Positions 18,265 through 27,318 of a DNA stretch of 64,000 nucleotides are shown here, piece after piece (the first letter of the stretch is position 1; the number at the start of each line of letters is the position of its first letter). Under the pieces are notes generated by a model. It saw only the letters and a program-made list of their open reading frames with translations, had not been told where the DNA came from and did not search any database. The DNA lies in assembly GCA_045637605.1 (NCBI GenBank), contig JAZTZT010000153.1:5978-69977 (forward strand), read 5' to 3'. This stretch comes from Pilosibacter sp. GTDB taxonomy: Bacteria > Bacillota > Clostridia > Lachnospirales > Lachnospiraceae. The position numbers and the translations under genes were made by a program.

Positions 18265-18843
18265 ATGAGGAAAGATAAATTAAATTTTCAAAACAAAAAG
18301 AGAAACAATGCATGGAAGCATTTTATAACAATCACTCAACATAAATGGGTTGTATTGAAGGGGTGTTTCTGTGTGGGCCTTTATAAACAGGGTTTGCTCC
18401 ATGATCTTTCAAAGTATACATGGGAAGAATTTAAGACCGGAGTTCAATACTATCAAGGAAACAGAAGTCCAAATGCAGCAGAAAAAGAAGAAAAGGGATA
18501 TTCGTCTGCATGGCTGCACCATAAAGGCAGAAATAAGCACCATTTTGAATACTGGATGGATGTTGGTATGAAAGAGCAGAACTGGAAAGTGATCGGTGTG
18601 AAGATGCCGGTGAATTATCTGGTGGAGATGATCATGGATCGTATTGCTGCCTGCAAGATCTATCAGGGTAAGAATTATACAGATGATATGCCTTATGCGT
18701 ATTTTGCGCGCAGCAAGGACTATATCACGATGCACCCGGAAACAAAAGCGATGCTTGAAGAAATCTTGCTGATGCTTAAGGAAAAAGGTGAGAAAAAGAC
18801 TTTTGCATATATTCGAAAGCTTTTAAAGCAGGGAACGTATTAA
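18265..18843 (+). CDS. Hypothetical protein, DUF5662-like
   Basis: The LLHDLSKY...SAWLHHKGRNKHHFEYW pattern resembles the DUF5662 family as I remember it. Function is unknown. Confidence 0.45.
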   Translation: MRKDKLNFQNKKRNNAWKHFITITQHKWVVLKGCFCVGLYKQGLLHDLSKYTWEEFKTGVQYYQGNRSPNAAEKEEKGYSSAWLHHKGRNKHHFEYWMDVGMKEQNWKVIGVKMPVNYLVEMIMDRIAACKIYQGKNYTDDMPYAYFARSKDYITMHPETKAMLEEILLMLKEKGEKKTFAYIRKLLKQGTY

Positions 18844-18886
18844 TAAGACAAAAGGGAACCGCCCGTGAGGTCAGTGTTGTGGCTGA

Positions 18887-19975
18887 TCAACGGGCGGTAA
18901 AAATATCTTTTAGAAGTCTATGGATGTAACGATTCAGAGTTTCGCTGTCGGAAAAACAATCCGGACAGAATTCAAAAAAGCAAGTTTTATCTTTGCATGA
19001 ATTTTTAAAATCCGGTGTCCAAAACGGCTCCGGCTGAGGAAGGAAGGTTCCGGATTTCTTTGTGTAACAAGTTTCCTTGGTCGCTTTTACTTTTGCATCT
19101 CGGTCTACGTATTCTCCGACACTTTTGTGAATGGCAGTGTCTTCGTAGATCAGATAGTAGTAATCTTTGTAGTTTGGATAGAAATATTTCAAGGTTCCCT
19201 CGTAAAGACGAATGGAAAGGGTTAGCATATTCTTGTCTGCTTTTATTGCATAGGAAGGAACAGAGGCAACTATGGATATCGGTAAGCATGTGGACTCATC
19301 ACAGCAGAGAGTAAGAAGCAGTCTTGGTGATTCACCGGACGCTTTTTTCATTTCTATAAGAGAAAAGTCCTGATTGAAAAAATCCGAATAGTGCAGGATC
19401 GGAAGAAGCTGCGGCATACCTTTCAGATCATCCTCATTGTGCAGCAGCAATAGTTTTAAAAGATAGGGATCTTTTGTCTGTAAATATTCTGTATAGACTT
19501 CGATCAACTGTCCGCCAGTGTATTTGTCGTCTCGGGTGATGTCAAGGAATGTTTCAATGGATTTCTGCTTGAGGTTTTCAAGGCCGAGATATTTTTTGTA
19601 TGGTTTGATCCGTTTGTAAATATCGATGCTCTCCAGATGTTCAAAGGAATGAGGCAGTGTTAATGCATGACAACGCTTTTCAATGAATGGAATATCGAAC
19701 GTATCGCCGTTGAAATGAACCAGAGTCTGATAGTTTTTTGCAAATGCAAAAAAGGAGTCAATGACTTCTGTTTCAGCTTCTTTGCTGTCGGCAAACCACT
19801 GGATGAAATGGGCTGATATCCTTGTAAAATAGACACAGCCGATCAGATATACTTGATGATAATCTCCGGAAAATCCGGTAGTCTCTATATCAAAAAACAG
19901 AAGCTCTTCCCGTTTTCCAAGGTTAGATAGCGGATAGGATTCTTCAAATAAAAATTCTTTATCGATGGTAATCAT
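18887..19975 (-). CDS. RNase H-like / DEDD 3'-5' exonuclease domain protein (YprB-like) with a Cys-rich C-terminal region
   Basis: FFDIETTGF (Exo I), HFNGDTFDIPF (Exo II) and HNEDDLKG (Exo III-like). The C-terminus carries C-x..-CKDKTCFFEFCPDC. Confidence 0.65.
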   Translation of the reverse strand: MITIDKEFLFEESYPLSNLGKREELLFFDIETTGFSGDYHQVYLIGCVYFTRISAHFIQWFADSKEAETEVIDSFFAFAKNYQTLVHFNGDTFDIPFIEKRCHALTLPHSFEHLESIDIYKRIKPYKKYLGLENLKQKSIETFLDITRDDKYTGGQLIEVYTEYLQTKDPYLLKLLLLHNEDDLKGMPQLLPILHYSDFFNQDFSLIEMKKASGESPRLLLTLCCDESTCLPISIVASVPSYAIKADKNMLTLSIRLYEGTLKYFYPNYKDYYYLIYEDTAIHKSVGEYVDRDAKVKATKETCYTKKSGTFLPQPEPFWTPDFKNSCKDKTCFFEFCPDCFSDSETLNRYIHRLLKDIFTAR

Positions 19976-20005
19976 ATAAACTCCAAAATGAGTAGATTTT
20001 ATGAT

Positions 20006-20034
20006 AGTATAAGGGTATTTTAAAAAGAAGTCAA
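20006..20034 (-). promoter_or_regulatory. Sigma-A-type promoter of the exonuclease gene
   Basis: On the minus strand: TTGACT, 17-nt spacer, TATACT. Confidence 0.6.
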
Positions 20035-20057
20035 TCGAACAGAAAATTTGTTCGATT
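20033..20057. repeat. Perfect 9-bp inverted repeat between divergent promoters
   Basis: aatcgaaca-gaaaatt-tgttcgatt. It contains CGAAC and GTTCG half-sites separated by 9 nt. Confidence 0.9.
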
Positions 20058-20072
20058 CTTTTCTGCGATGAC

Positions 20073-20101
20073 TTGCAAAGATTTAGGGGCTATGGTATGA
20101 T
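20073..20101 (+). promoter_or_regulatory. Sigma-A-type promoter of ruvA
   Basis: TTGCAA, 17-nt spacer, TATGAT, with a TGG extended -10. Confidence 0.6.
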
Positions 20102-20153
20102 TCTTATGGTGGTCGTTTTGTGACCGGATGAGAGTAAGGCGGAGGAAGAGTGT

Positions 20154-20768
20154 GTGATTTCATATGTAAAGGGATCTCTGGAAGAGAGATTTGAAGATTC
20201 AGTCGTGGTAGAAGCCGGTGGGATCGGATATCGGATTTATGTACCGACTTCGGTCTTGGAGCATTTGCCAAAGACTGGAGAGACTGTGAAAATCTATACA
20301 TATTTTAGTGTACGTGAAGATGCGATGAGTCTGTATGGATTCTTATCCAGACAGGACTTGGAGATGTTCCGTCAGCTGATCGGTGTCAATGGTGTGGGAC
20401 CGAAAAGTGCTCTCGGAATTCTTTCAGCGTTGAGTCCGGACGTATTGCGTCTGGCTGTGATCTCCGGGGATGCGAAAGCGATTTCCAAAGCGCCGGGTGT
20501 AGGAAGCAAGACTGCTCAGAGGATTATTCTGGATCTGAAAGACAAAGTAAAGTCAGAGGATATTCTGGATGGATTTGCAGAACCAGCTTCCGGTCATGGA
20601 GAGGTTTCCAGTGTCGGCGAGATCGGAAAAGAAGCCATCGAGGCTCTGACTGCTCTCGGATATTCCGCATCCGAAGCATCAGGCGTAGTTAAGAAAGTTA
20701 CAATTACAGAATCAATGACAGCCGAAGATGTTTTAAAGGCAGCATTAAAACATCTGGCGTTTTTATAG
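20154..20768 (+). CDS. ruvA: Holliday junction branch-migration complex subunit RuvA
   Basis: MISYVKG...GIGYRIYVP N-terminus, HhH motifs (GVNGVGPKSALGIL, APGVGSKTAQRI) and domain III. GTG start after GGAGGAAG. Confidence 0.95.
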   Translation: MISYVKGSLEERFEDSVVVEAGGIGYRIYVPTSVLEHLPKTGETVKIYTYFSVREDAMSLYGFLSRQDLEMFRQLIGVNGVGPKSALGILSALSPDVLRLAVISGDAKAISKAPGVGSKTAQRIILDLKDKVKSEDILDGFAEPASGHGEVSSVGEIGKEAIEALTALGYSASEASGVVKKVTITESMTAEDVLKAALKHLAFL

Positions 20769-20778
20769 GTAGGTTCCC

Positions 20779-21774
20779 ATGAGTCGAAAAATTATCACTA
20801 CGGAAGTGACAGAGGAAGATAAGAAGATAGAAGGTTCTTTGAGACCTCAGCATTTAAATGAATATATCGGCCAGGAAAAGATCAAGTCTACACTGAAGAT
20901 CTTTATTGATGCTGCAAAGAACCGTGGAGAAGCTTTAGACCATGTGCTCTTTTATGGCCCTCCGGGACTGGGCAAGACGACACTTTGTGGGATCATCGCA
21001 AACGAAATGGGAGTTAACATGAAGGTGACTTCCGGTCCGGCCATTGAAAAACCGGGCGAGATGGCAGCGATCTTGAACAATCTCCAGGAAGGAGATGTAC
21101 TCTTCGTGGACGAGATTCATAGGCTGAACCGTCAGGTGGAAGAAGTATTGTATCCGGCGATGGAGGATTTTGCCATCGACATCATGCTCGGCAAAGATTC
21201 TTCTGCGAGATCGATCCGTTTGGAGCTTCCGAAGTTTACATTGGTTGGTGCGACAACAAGAGCCGGACTTTTGACCGCTCCGTTGAGAGACCGTTTTGGT
21301 GTGGTTCAGAGAATGGATTTCTATTCTCCGGAGGAACTAAGCATTATTGTAAAACGTTCTGCAAAGGTACTGGGTGTGGAAATCGAGGATAGCGGAGCAT
21401 ATGAGATCGCGAGACGATCCAGAGGAACCCCACGTCTTGCAAATCGTTTGCTGAAGCGTGTTCGTGATTTTGCTCAGGTAAAATACGATGGTGTGATCAC
21501 GAAAGGAGTGGCGGATTTTGCTCTTGATATTCTGGATGTAGACAAACTGGGGTTGGACAACAACGACAGAACCATTCTCCTGGCATTGATCCAGAAATTT
21601 GGTGGCGGTCCGGTTGGACTGGATACGTTGGCAGCAGCCATCGGCGAAGATGCGGGTACCCTGGAAGATGTTTATGAACCGTATCTTTTGATGAATGGAC
21701 TGATCAATCGTACTCCGCGCGGACGTATGGCAACAGAGCTTGCATATCGTCATTTGGGAATTACAAAGGAATAA
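20779..21774 (+). CDS. ruvB: Holliday junction DNA helicase RuvB
   Basis: [12 protein letters not shown], Walker [10 protein letters not shown], Walker [10 protein letters not shown] and [17 protein letters not shown]. Confidence 0.97.
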   Translation: MSRKIITTEVTEEDKKIEGSLRPQHLNEYIGQEKIKSTLKIFIDAAKNRGEALDHVLFYGPPGLGKTTLCGIIANEMGVNMKVTSGPAIEKPGEMAAILNNLQEGDVLFVDEIHRLNRQVEEVLYPAMEDFAIDIMLGKDSSARSIRLELPKFTLVGATTRAGLLTAPLRDRFGVVQRMDFYSPEELSIIVKRSAKVLGVEIEDSGAYEIARRSRGTPRLANRLLKRVRDFAQVKYDGVITKGVADFALDILDVDKLGLDNNDRTILLALIQKFGGGPVGLDTLAAAIGEDAGTLEDVYEPYLLMNGLINRTPRGRMATELAYRHLGITKE

Positions 21775-21822
21775 ACATATTTAATATTTGACATAGATTT
21801 TACGAATCAGGAGTTACAGACA

Positions 21823-22158
21823 ATGGATAAAAAGAACTATACAGAAGTACTGATCGATGGAAATATTTATACATTAGGCGGTTCTGAGGAACAGGAGTAT
21901 CTTCAGAAAGTTGCTGCATATATCAATCAGAAAATCGGTATTTTAAAGGCGCAGCCGGGCTTTACAAGACAGAATAAAGATTATCAGGAAGTGATGATCT
22001 ATCTGAATCTGGCAGATGATTATTTTAAGACTCTTCAGGAGGCAAAGATGCTCCGTGCCCAGAAAAATGATCTGGAAAAGGAAATCTACAGCCTGAAGCA
22101 TGAACTGATCGGTGTTCAGATGAAATTGGATGCCCAGATGGAAAAGAACGAGAAATAG
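21823..22158 (+). CDS. zapA: Cell division protein ZapA
   Basis: 111 aa. VLIDGNIYTLGG N-terminus followed by a C-terminal coiled coil. The position after ruvB fits conserved synteny. Confidence 0.75.
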   Translation: MDKKNYTEVLIDGNIYTLGGSEEQEYLQKVAAYINQKIGILKAQPGFTRQNKDYQEVMIYLNLADDYFKTLQEAKMLRAQKNDLEKEIYSLKHELIGVQMKLDAQMEKNEK

Positions 22159-22257
22159 TTTTAAGGCTGCTGCATAGTGTTATGCTGCGGCCTTTTGTAC
22201 CCTTATGATTCTGTGTGCTGGACATGTTATCCTGGACACAGAAGTGTGGATAAACAG

Positions 22258-24558
22258 ATGGAGGAAGATATGAGAAAGAGGAATGTGGAGATTCTTGCGC
22301 CGGCGGGGTCCTTTGAGAGCATGGTGGCAGCAGTCAATGCAGGTGCGGACGCGGTGTATATCGGAGGAAGTCGATTCGGAGCCAGAGCTTATGCAAATAA
22401 TCTGGACGAGGATATGATGATCCGTGCCATTGACTACGTGCATTTGCATGGTGCGAAAATTTATATGACAGTGAATACGTTGGTAAAAGAAAAAGAACTT
22501 CCGGATCTCTATGATTACTTAAAGCCGTATTATGAAGCGGGTCTGGATGCAGTGATCGTTCAGGACCTTGGTGTATTCCGTTATGTACGTGAACATTTTC
22601 CGAAGATGGACATTCATGTAAGTACTCAGATGACAGTAACCGGAAAATACAGCGCAGCGAAATTAAAAGAAATGGGAGCTGTCCGTGTGGTACCGGCTCG
22701 CGAATTGACATTAGGAGAGATTCGTGAGATTTACGACGAGACAGGTCTTGAGATCGAGACCTTTGTTCACGGCGCTCTTTGTTATTGTTATTCCGGACAG
22801 TGCCTGTTTTCCAGCTTGATCGGAGGAAGAAGCGGAAACCGTGGACGCTGTGCACAGCCGTGTCGTCTTCCGTTTGATGTGGTTCGTGACGGAAGATATA
22901 TCAATAAGAAAAATGAAAAATATGTACTCAGTCTGAAAGATCTTTGTACACTGGATCTGATCCCGGATATTCTGGAAGCTGGAGTATGTTCTCTGAAGAT
23001 TGAGGGACGTATGAAGAGTCCAAGATATACGGCAGGTGTTGTTAGTATGTATCGCAAATATGTGGACATGTACTTAAAGAATGGTCGAAACGGATATAAA
23101 GTAGATCCGGCTGACAAACGTATGCTTTTGGACTTGTTTGACCGTGGTGGTCAGACTGACGGTTTCTATCATATGCATAACGGCCGTGATATGGTTGTCT
23201 TGAAAGAGAAACCTGCGTTCCGCGAAGGAAATCAGGAACTGTTTGACCGTCTGGACCGTATGTATGTTGATGCAACTAAGAAAGAGAAGATTCAGGGAAC
23301 TGCGTATTTTGAGGTTGGAAAGCCGGCCAGATTGACATTGTCTGCACCGCTGACAGGCAGAGCGGCTGAAAATGAAACGTTTGATGCGAAACTTGCAAGT
23401 GCAGCCTCCGTTATCTGTTGGGTAGATAGTGATGTTGTAGAGGAAGCAAAGAATGCTCCGATGGATGAGGCAAGGATCCGCAAGCAGTTAATGAAGACCG
23501 GAGATTCTCCGTTTGAGTTTGAAAAACTGGACATTACGATCAAAGGCAATGTTTTTGTACCGGTTCAGGCTTTAAACTCCATGAGACGTGAGGCATTAGA
23601 GGGGCTTGAAAAAGGATTGCTGCAAGGTCATAAACGTCAGTTGGAAGATCCGGAGACGGATGGTACAAATCTTAACGCTTTGACAGAACAGCTTGTGCAG
23701 TCAGGATGCCATTTAGTGGGTGAACAAAAGGAGTTTACGGCACTTGTAAACAGCAAGGAGCAGTTTGAAGCAGTATTCAATCGTATGGCTGAGTGGAAAG
23801 AGAAAGAAGTAGAAGCTTTCTTTGGCATCTATCTTGCATCGGAGGAGTTTGATGCGAGTGATTGGAAAAAATATGTTGAGCGATGCCATGATGCAGGTAT
23901 CTATTGTTATCTGATGCTTCCGAGAATCTTCCGTACACATGCTGAGCGTTATTTCCTTAAAAATCTGGAATTGTTAAAAAATGCCGGATTTGATGCCTTT
24001 GGTGTGGCGGCGATGGAGGAGCCTGGATTTATGCAGAGATACGTTCCGGGTGCAAAATTATACTTCGACCATGGCATGTATACATTTAACTCTGTGGCTT
24101 CCGGGATGATGGATGTGTACGGGGCAAGCAGAAAAACGATACCGGTAGAATTAAACGGACGCGAGATCACAGAACGCGGCGGTAACGATGAGATGATCAT
24201 ATACGGTTACCTTCCGATGATGGTTTCTGCAAACTGCATTCGAAAGACAACAGAAGGCTGCAGCGGAAAGCCGGAGCTTCTCTTCTTAAAAGACAGAAAA
24301 GGAAAAGAGATGCCGGTTCGTAATCAGTGCCGATTCTGTTACAATACGATTTACAATGAAAGTCCGATGTCTCTTCTTGGCCTATCTGAGGAAGTAGAGC
24401 GATTTGCACCTTCCGTTCTTCGCCTGAATTTTACGATCGAAGACAGGGTAGAGACAGAAAAGGTTCTGACTGCATTCTATGCAGAGTATATGGAGGGCAG
24501 AAAAGCAGCTCCATTGGCAAATTTCACCCGCGGACATTTTAAACGCGGCGTAGAGTAG
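22258..24558 (+). CDS. U32-family peptidase-like protein (long form)
   Basis: EILAPAGS, NAGADAVYIGG, and the U32 signature region ETFVHGALCYCYSGQCLFSS...GRSGNRGRCAQPCR. I prefer the start at 22258 or 22270, because the track start at 22177 would read through the zapA-distal hairpin. Confidence 0.85.
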   Translation: MEEDMRKRNVEILAPAGSFESMVAAVNAGADAVYIGGSRFGARAYANNLDEDMMIRAIDYVHLHGAKIYMTVNTLVKEKELPDLYDYLKPYYEAGLDAVIVQDLGVFRYVREHFPKMDIHVSTQMTVTGKYSAAKLKEMGAVRVVPARELTLGEIREIYDETGLEIETFVHGALCYCYSGQCLFSSLIGGRSGNRGRCAQPCRLPFDVVRDGRYINKKNEKYVLSLKDLCTLDLIPDILEAGVCSLKIEGRMKSPRYTAGVVSMYRKYVDMYLKNGRNGYKVDPADKRMLLDLFDRGGQTDGFYHMHNGRDMVVLKEKPAFREGNQELFDRLDRMYVDATKKEKIQGTAYFEVGKPARLTLSAPLTGRAAENETFDAKLASAASVICWVDSDVVEEAKNAPMDEARIRKQLMKTGDSPFEFEKLDITIKGNVFVPVQALNSMRREALEGLEKGLLQGHKRQLEDPETDGTNLNALTEQLVQSGCHLVGEQKEFTALVNSKEQFEAVFNRMAEWKEKEVEAFFGIYLASEEFDASDWKKYVERCHDAGIYCYLMLPRIFRTHAERYFLKNLELLKNAGFDAFGVAAMEEPGFMQRYVPGAKLYFDHGMYTFNSVASGMMDVYGASRKTIPVELNGREITERGGNDEMIIYGYLPMMVSANCIRKTTEGCSGKPELLFLKDRKGKEMPVRNQCRFCYNTIYNESPMSLLGLSEEVERFAPSVLRLNFTIEDRVETEKVLTAFYAEYMEGRKAAPLANFTRGHFKRGVE

Positions 24559-24566
24559 GTGATAAA

Positions 24567-25889
24567 TTGACAAATCTGATCGTGGAGATTTCCAGGTATC
24601 TGATTATTTTATTGATCGCGATTTACACATATTACAATTTCCGGTTCTTCTCCATGCGCAATGAGGAGGACCGGAACTATGCATGCAACCGACAGATCGT
24701 CTGTATGTTTATGCTGCATTTTCTGGCGAATCTGCTGATCATGCTGAATACAAAGTCAGAAGAGCTGATTTTGTTTTATGGCATGCAGGTGTTGTTTTTT
24801 GTATGCTATCTGTTTTTGTCAAAACTTATTTATAAGAGAATATCACGACTGTTGTTGAATAATATCTGCATGCTTTTAGGTACCGGATTTATTATCTTGA
24901 CAAGATTAAATCCAGAGCGTGCCATGCGACAGTTTCTAATAGTAGTCGTGTCTGCTGTTGTGACCTGGATCATTCCGTTTATCATTGACCGAGTGTGGCA
25001 GCTGGTAAAACTTGCGTGGGTGTACGGCATATTAGGAGTACTCATTTTGGCAATTGTATGCGTTGCGGGAAATACTTCCTTTGGTGCACAGCTAAGCCTG
25101 ACGGTCGGAGGCATCTCGGTTCAGCCGTCAGAGTTCGTGAAGATCAGCTTTGTGTTCTTTGTAGCAGCCAGACTTTATCGGTCGACAAAGTTTAAAGACG
25201 TGGTGGTCACGACTGTGATCGCGGCCCTTCATGTGGTGATCTTGGTATTATCCAGAGATTTGGGAAGTGCATTGATCTTCTTCACTACGTATTTATTTAT
25301 GTTATTTGTGGCTACCTCCAATTGGCTGTATTTGGGAGCAGGAGTATTGAGTGGCTCTGCAGCAGCTGTTGTTGCGTACAAGCTGTTTTCTCACGTTCGC
25401 CGACGTGTGGAGGCCTGGAGAGATCCGTGGGCCGATATTGACGATAAAGGATATCAGGTGACACAGGGATTGTTTGCCATGGGAACCGGAGGATGGTTTG
25501 GCCTGGGGCTCTATCAGGGCATGCCACAGAAAATTCCGGTTGTAGATAAAGACTTTGTATTCGCTGCCATATCGGAGGAATTAGGTGCGATTTATGCTCT
25601 CTGCTTATTGTTTATCTGTGTGGGTTGCTTCCTTCAGTTCATGATCATTGCAGTAAAAATGCAGGCAATGTTTTACAAGCTGATCGCATTTGGATTAGGG
25701 ATCATGTACATTACGCAAGTGTTTTTGACGATTGGCGGAGTTGTGAAATTTATTCCATCCACAGGTGTGACACTTCCATTCGTCAGCTATGGCGGCAGTT
25801 CTATTTTGGCAACATTTATTCTATTTAATATTATCCAGGGTCTCTATATTTTGAAGCGAACGGAGGAGGAAGAACATGAAGAAGGCTAA
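24567..25889 (+). CDS. FtsW/RodA/SpoVE-family peptidoglycan glycosyltransferase
   Basis: About 10 transmembrane segments, with QPSEFVK and PFVSYGGSS signature segments. TTG start. Confidence 0.9.
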   Translation: MTNLIVEISRYLIILLIAIYTYYNFRFFSMRNEEDRNYACNRQIVCMFMLHFLANLLIMLNTKSEELILFYGMQVLFFVCYLFLSKLIYKRISRLLLNNICMLLGTGFIILTRLNPERAMRQFLIVVVSAVVTWIIPFIIDRVWQLVKLAWVYGILGVLILAIVCVAGNTSFGAQLSLTVGGISVQPSEFVKISFVFFVAARLYRSTKFKDVVVTTVIAALHVVILVLSRDLGSALIFFTTYLFMLFVATSNWLYLGAGVLSGSAAAVVAYKLFSHVRRRVEAWRDPWADIDDKGYQVTQGLFAMGTGGWFGLGLYQGMPQKIPVVDKDFVFAAISEELGAIYALCLLFICVGCFLQFMIIAVKMQAMFYKLIAFGLGIMYITQVFLTIGGVVKFIPSTGVTLPFVSYGGSSILATFILFNIIQGLYILKRTEEEEHEEG

Positions 25890-27306
25890 ACCAAATCCGA
25901 AGGCCAACCGAAATATTCTCCTGCTCACGTACCTGATCGTGGGCCTGTTCATCGGGATGAGCGTATACCTTGGGTATTTCATTCAGGTACAGAGTGAGGA
26001 TGTGATCAACAATCCTTATAACAGTGCCAGATTGAATAACTTCGAAGAGAGAGTGGTGAGAGGAAAGATTCTCGCTAATGATGGTTCGATTCTGGCAGAG
26101 ACGATGGTATCGGAAGACGGCACTGAGATAAGAAGTTACCCTCAGGGAAGTCTGTTTTCTCATGTAGTTGGATATTCGTCCATGGGAAAAACCGGAATTG
26201 AATCGCTGGCAAATTATTATTTGTTAAGTTCTCACATCCATCCTTTGACTAAGGCATTGAATCAACTGGCAGATCAAAAGAGTGACGGAGATACGGTGGT
26301 AACAACGCTGGACAAAACCATGCAGAACATTGCTTTCGAGGCGTTGGGAGACCGAAAGGGAGCTGTTATCGCAATGGCGCCTGGGACAGGAAAGGTTCTT
26401 GCAATGGTATCAAAACCGGTATTTGATCCGAACCTGATTGAAGAGCAGTGGGAAGTGCTGGTAAATGGAGATCAGACAGAAGCTCTTCTGCTAAACAGGG
26501 CGACACAGGGATTGTACCCTCCTGGTTCAACATTTAAGATCGTAACGGCCCTGCAGTATATGAGAGAACATCCGAGAGCATATAACGATTATCGATTTAG
26601 CTGCGACGGAATCTATGAGTTTCAGAATTTCTCCATTCAGTGTTATCATAAAACGGCTCATGGAGAAGAGGATTTTGAAATGGCATTTGCGAATTCCTGC
26701 AATGGCGCATTTTCAACTCTTGGACAGGAATTGGATCTTATCGGGTTAAAGAATCTTTCCGAACAGTTATTGTTTAACTGTGAACAACCTCTTTCAATCC
26801 CATACAGCATGAGCGCATATGTTATGGAAGATGGCGTGAAAGCATGGGAGATTGCACAGACTGCGATTGGTCAAGGCAGCACATTGATGACTCCAATGCA
26901 CAATCTGATGCTAACTTCAGCGATTGCAAATGGCGGCATGCTTATGCAGCCGTATTTGATCGAGCGCGTAGAAAATGTGAACGGAGAAATCGTAAAACAG
27001 TTTATGCCGGCTCAGTATGGGGAACTGATGACGGCAGATGAAGCGAAAGGCTTACACACTCTGCTTGAGCGTGTTATTACGGACGGAACAGGCTCTGCTT
27101 TACGTACAGAAGCATATTCGGTTGCGGGAAAGACCGGATCGGCAGAGTTTGAAAAAGAAAAAGAAACGCATGCTTGGTTTGTGGGATATGCGCCGGCTGA
27201 AAATCCGGAAATTGCGATTTGTGTGATCGTAGAGGAAGGTGGTTCTGGTGGTAAGGCCGCAGCTCCCATCGCAAGGCAGATGTTTGATGCATATCTTTTA
27301 CATTAA
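25876..27306 (+). CDS. Penicillin-binding protein 2 (class B transpeptidase)
   Basis: SxxK (GSTFK), SxN (NSCNG) and KTG (GKTGSAE) motifs. The start overlaps the FtsW/RodA gene by 14 nt. Confidence 0.9.
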   Translation: MKKAKPNPKANRNILLLTYLIVGLFIGMSVYLGYFIQVQSEDVINNPYNSARLNNFEERVVRGKILANDGSILAETMVSEDGTEIRSYPQGSLFSHVVGYSSMGKTGIESLANYYLLSSHIHPLTKALNQLADQKSDGDTVVTTLDKTMQNIAFEALGDRKGAVIAMAPGTGKVLAMVSKPVFDPNLIEEQWEVLVNGDQTEALLLNRATQGLYPPGSTFKIVTALQYMREHPRAYNDYRFSCDGIYEFQNFSIQCYHKTAHGEEDFEMAFANSCNGAFSTLGQELDLIGLKNLSEQLLFNCEQPLSIPYSMSAYVMEDGVKAWEIAQTAIGQGSTLMTPMHNLMLTSAIANGGMLMQPYLIERVENVNGEIVKQFMPAQYGELMTADEAKGLHTLLERVITDGTGSALRTEAYSVAGKTGSAEFEKEKETHAWFVGYAPAENPEIAICVIVEEGGSGGKAAAPIARQMFDAYLLH

Positions 27307-27318
27307 GGGGGATTACAG

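Noticed and set aside
20033-20057. Canonical LexA (Cheo) box
   Set aside because: The half-sites match, but the spacer is 9 nt instead of 4, so I do not call it a LexA site. It is reported as an unexplained inverted repeat.
22177-22257. N-terminal extension of the U32 ORF in the track
   Set aside because: The extension starts inside the hairpin region after zapA and encodes a Cys/Trp-rich peptide. The start at 22258 or 22270 with a nearby GGAGGA is more plausible.
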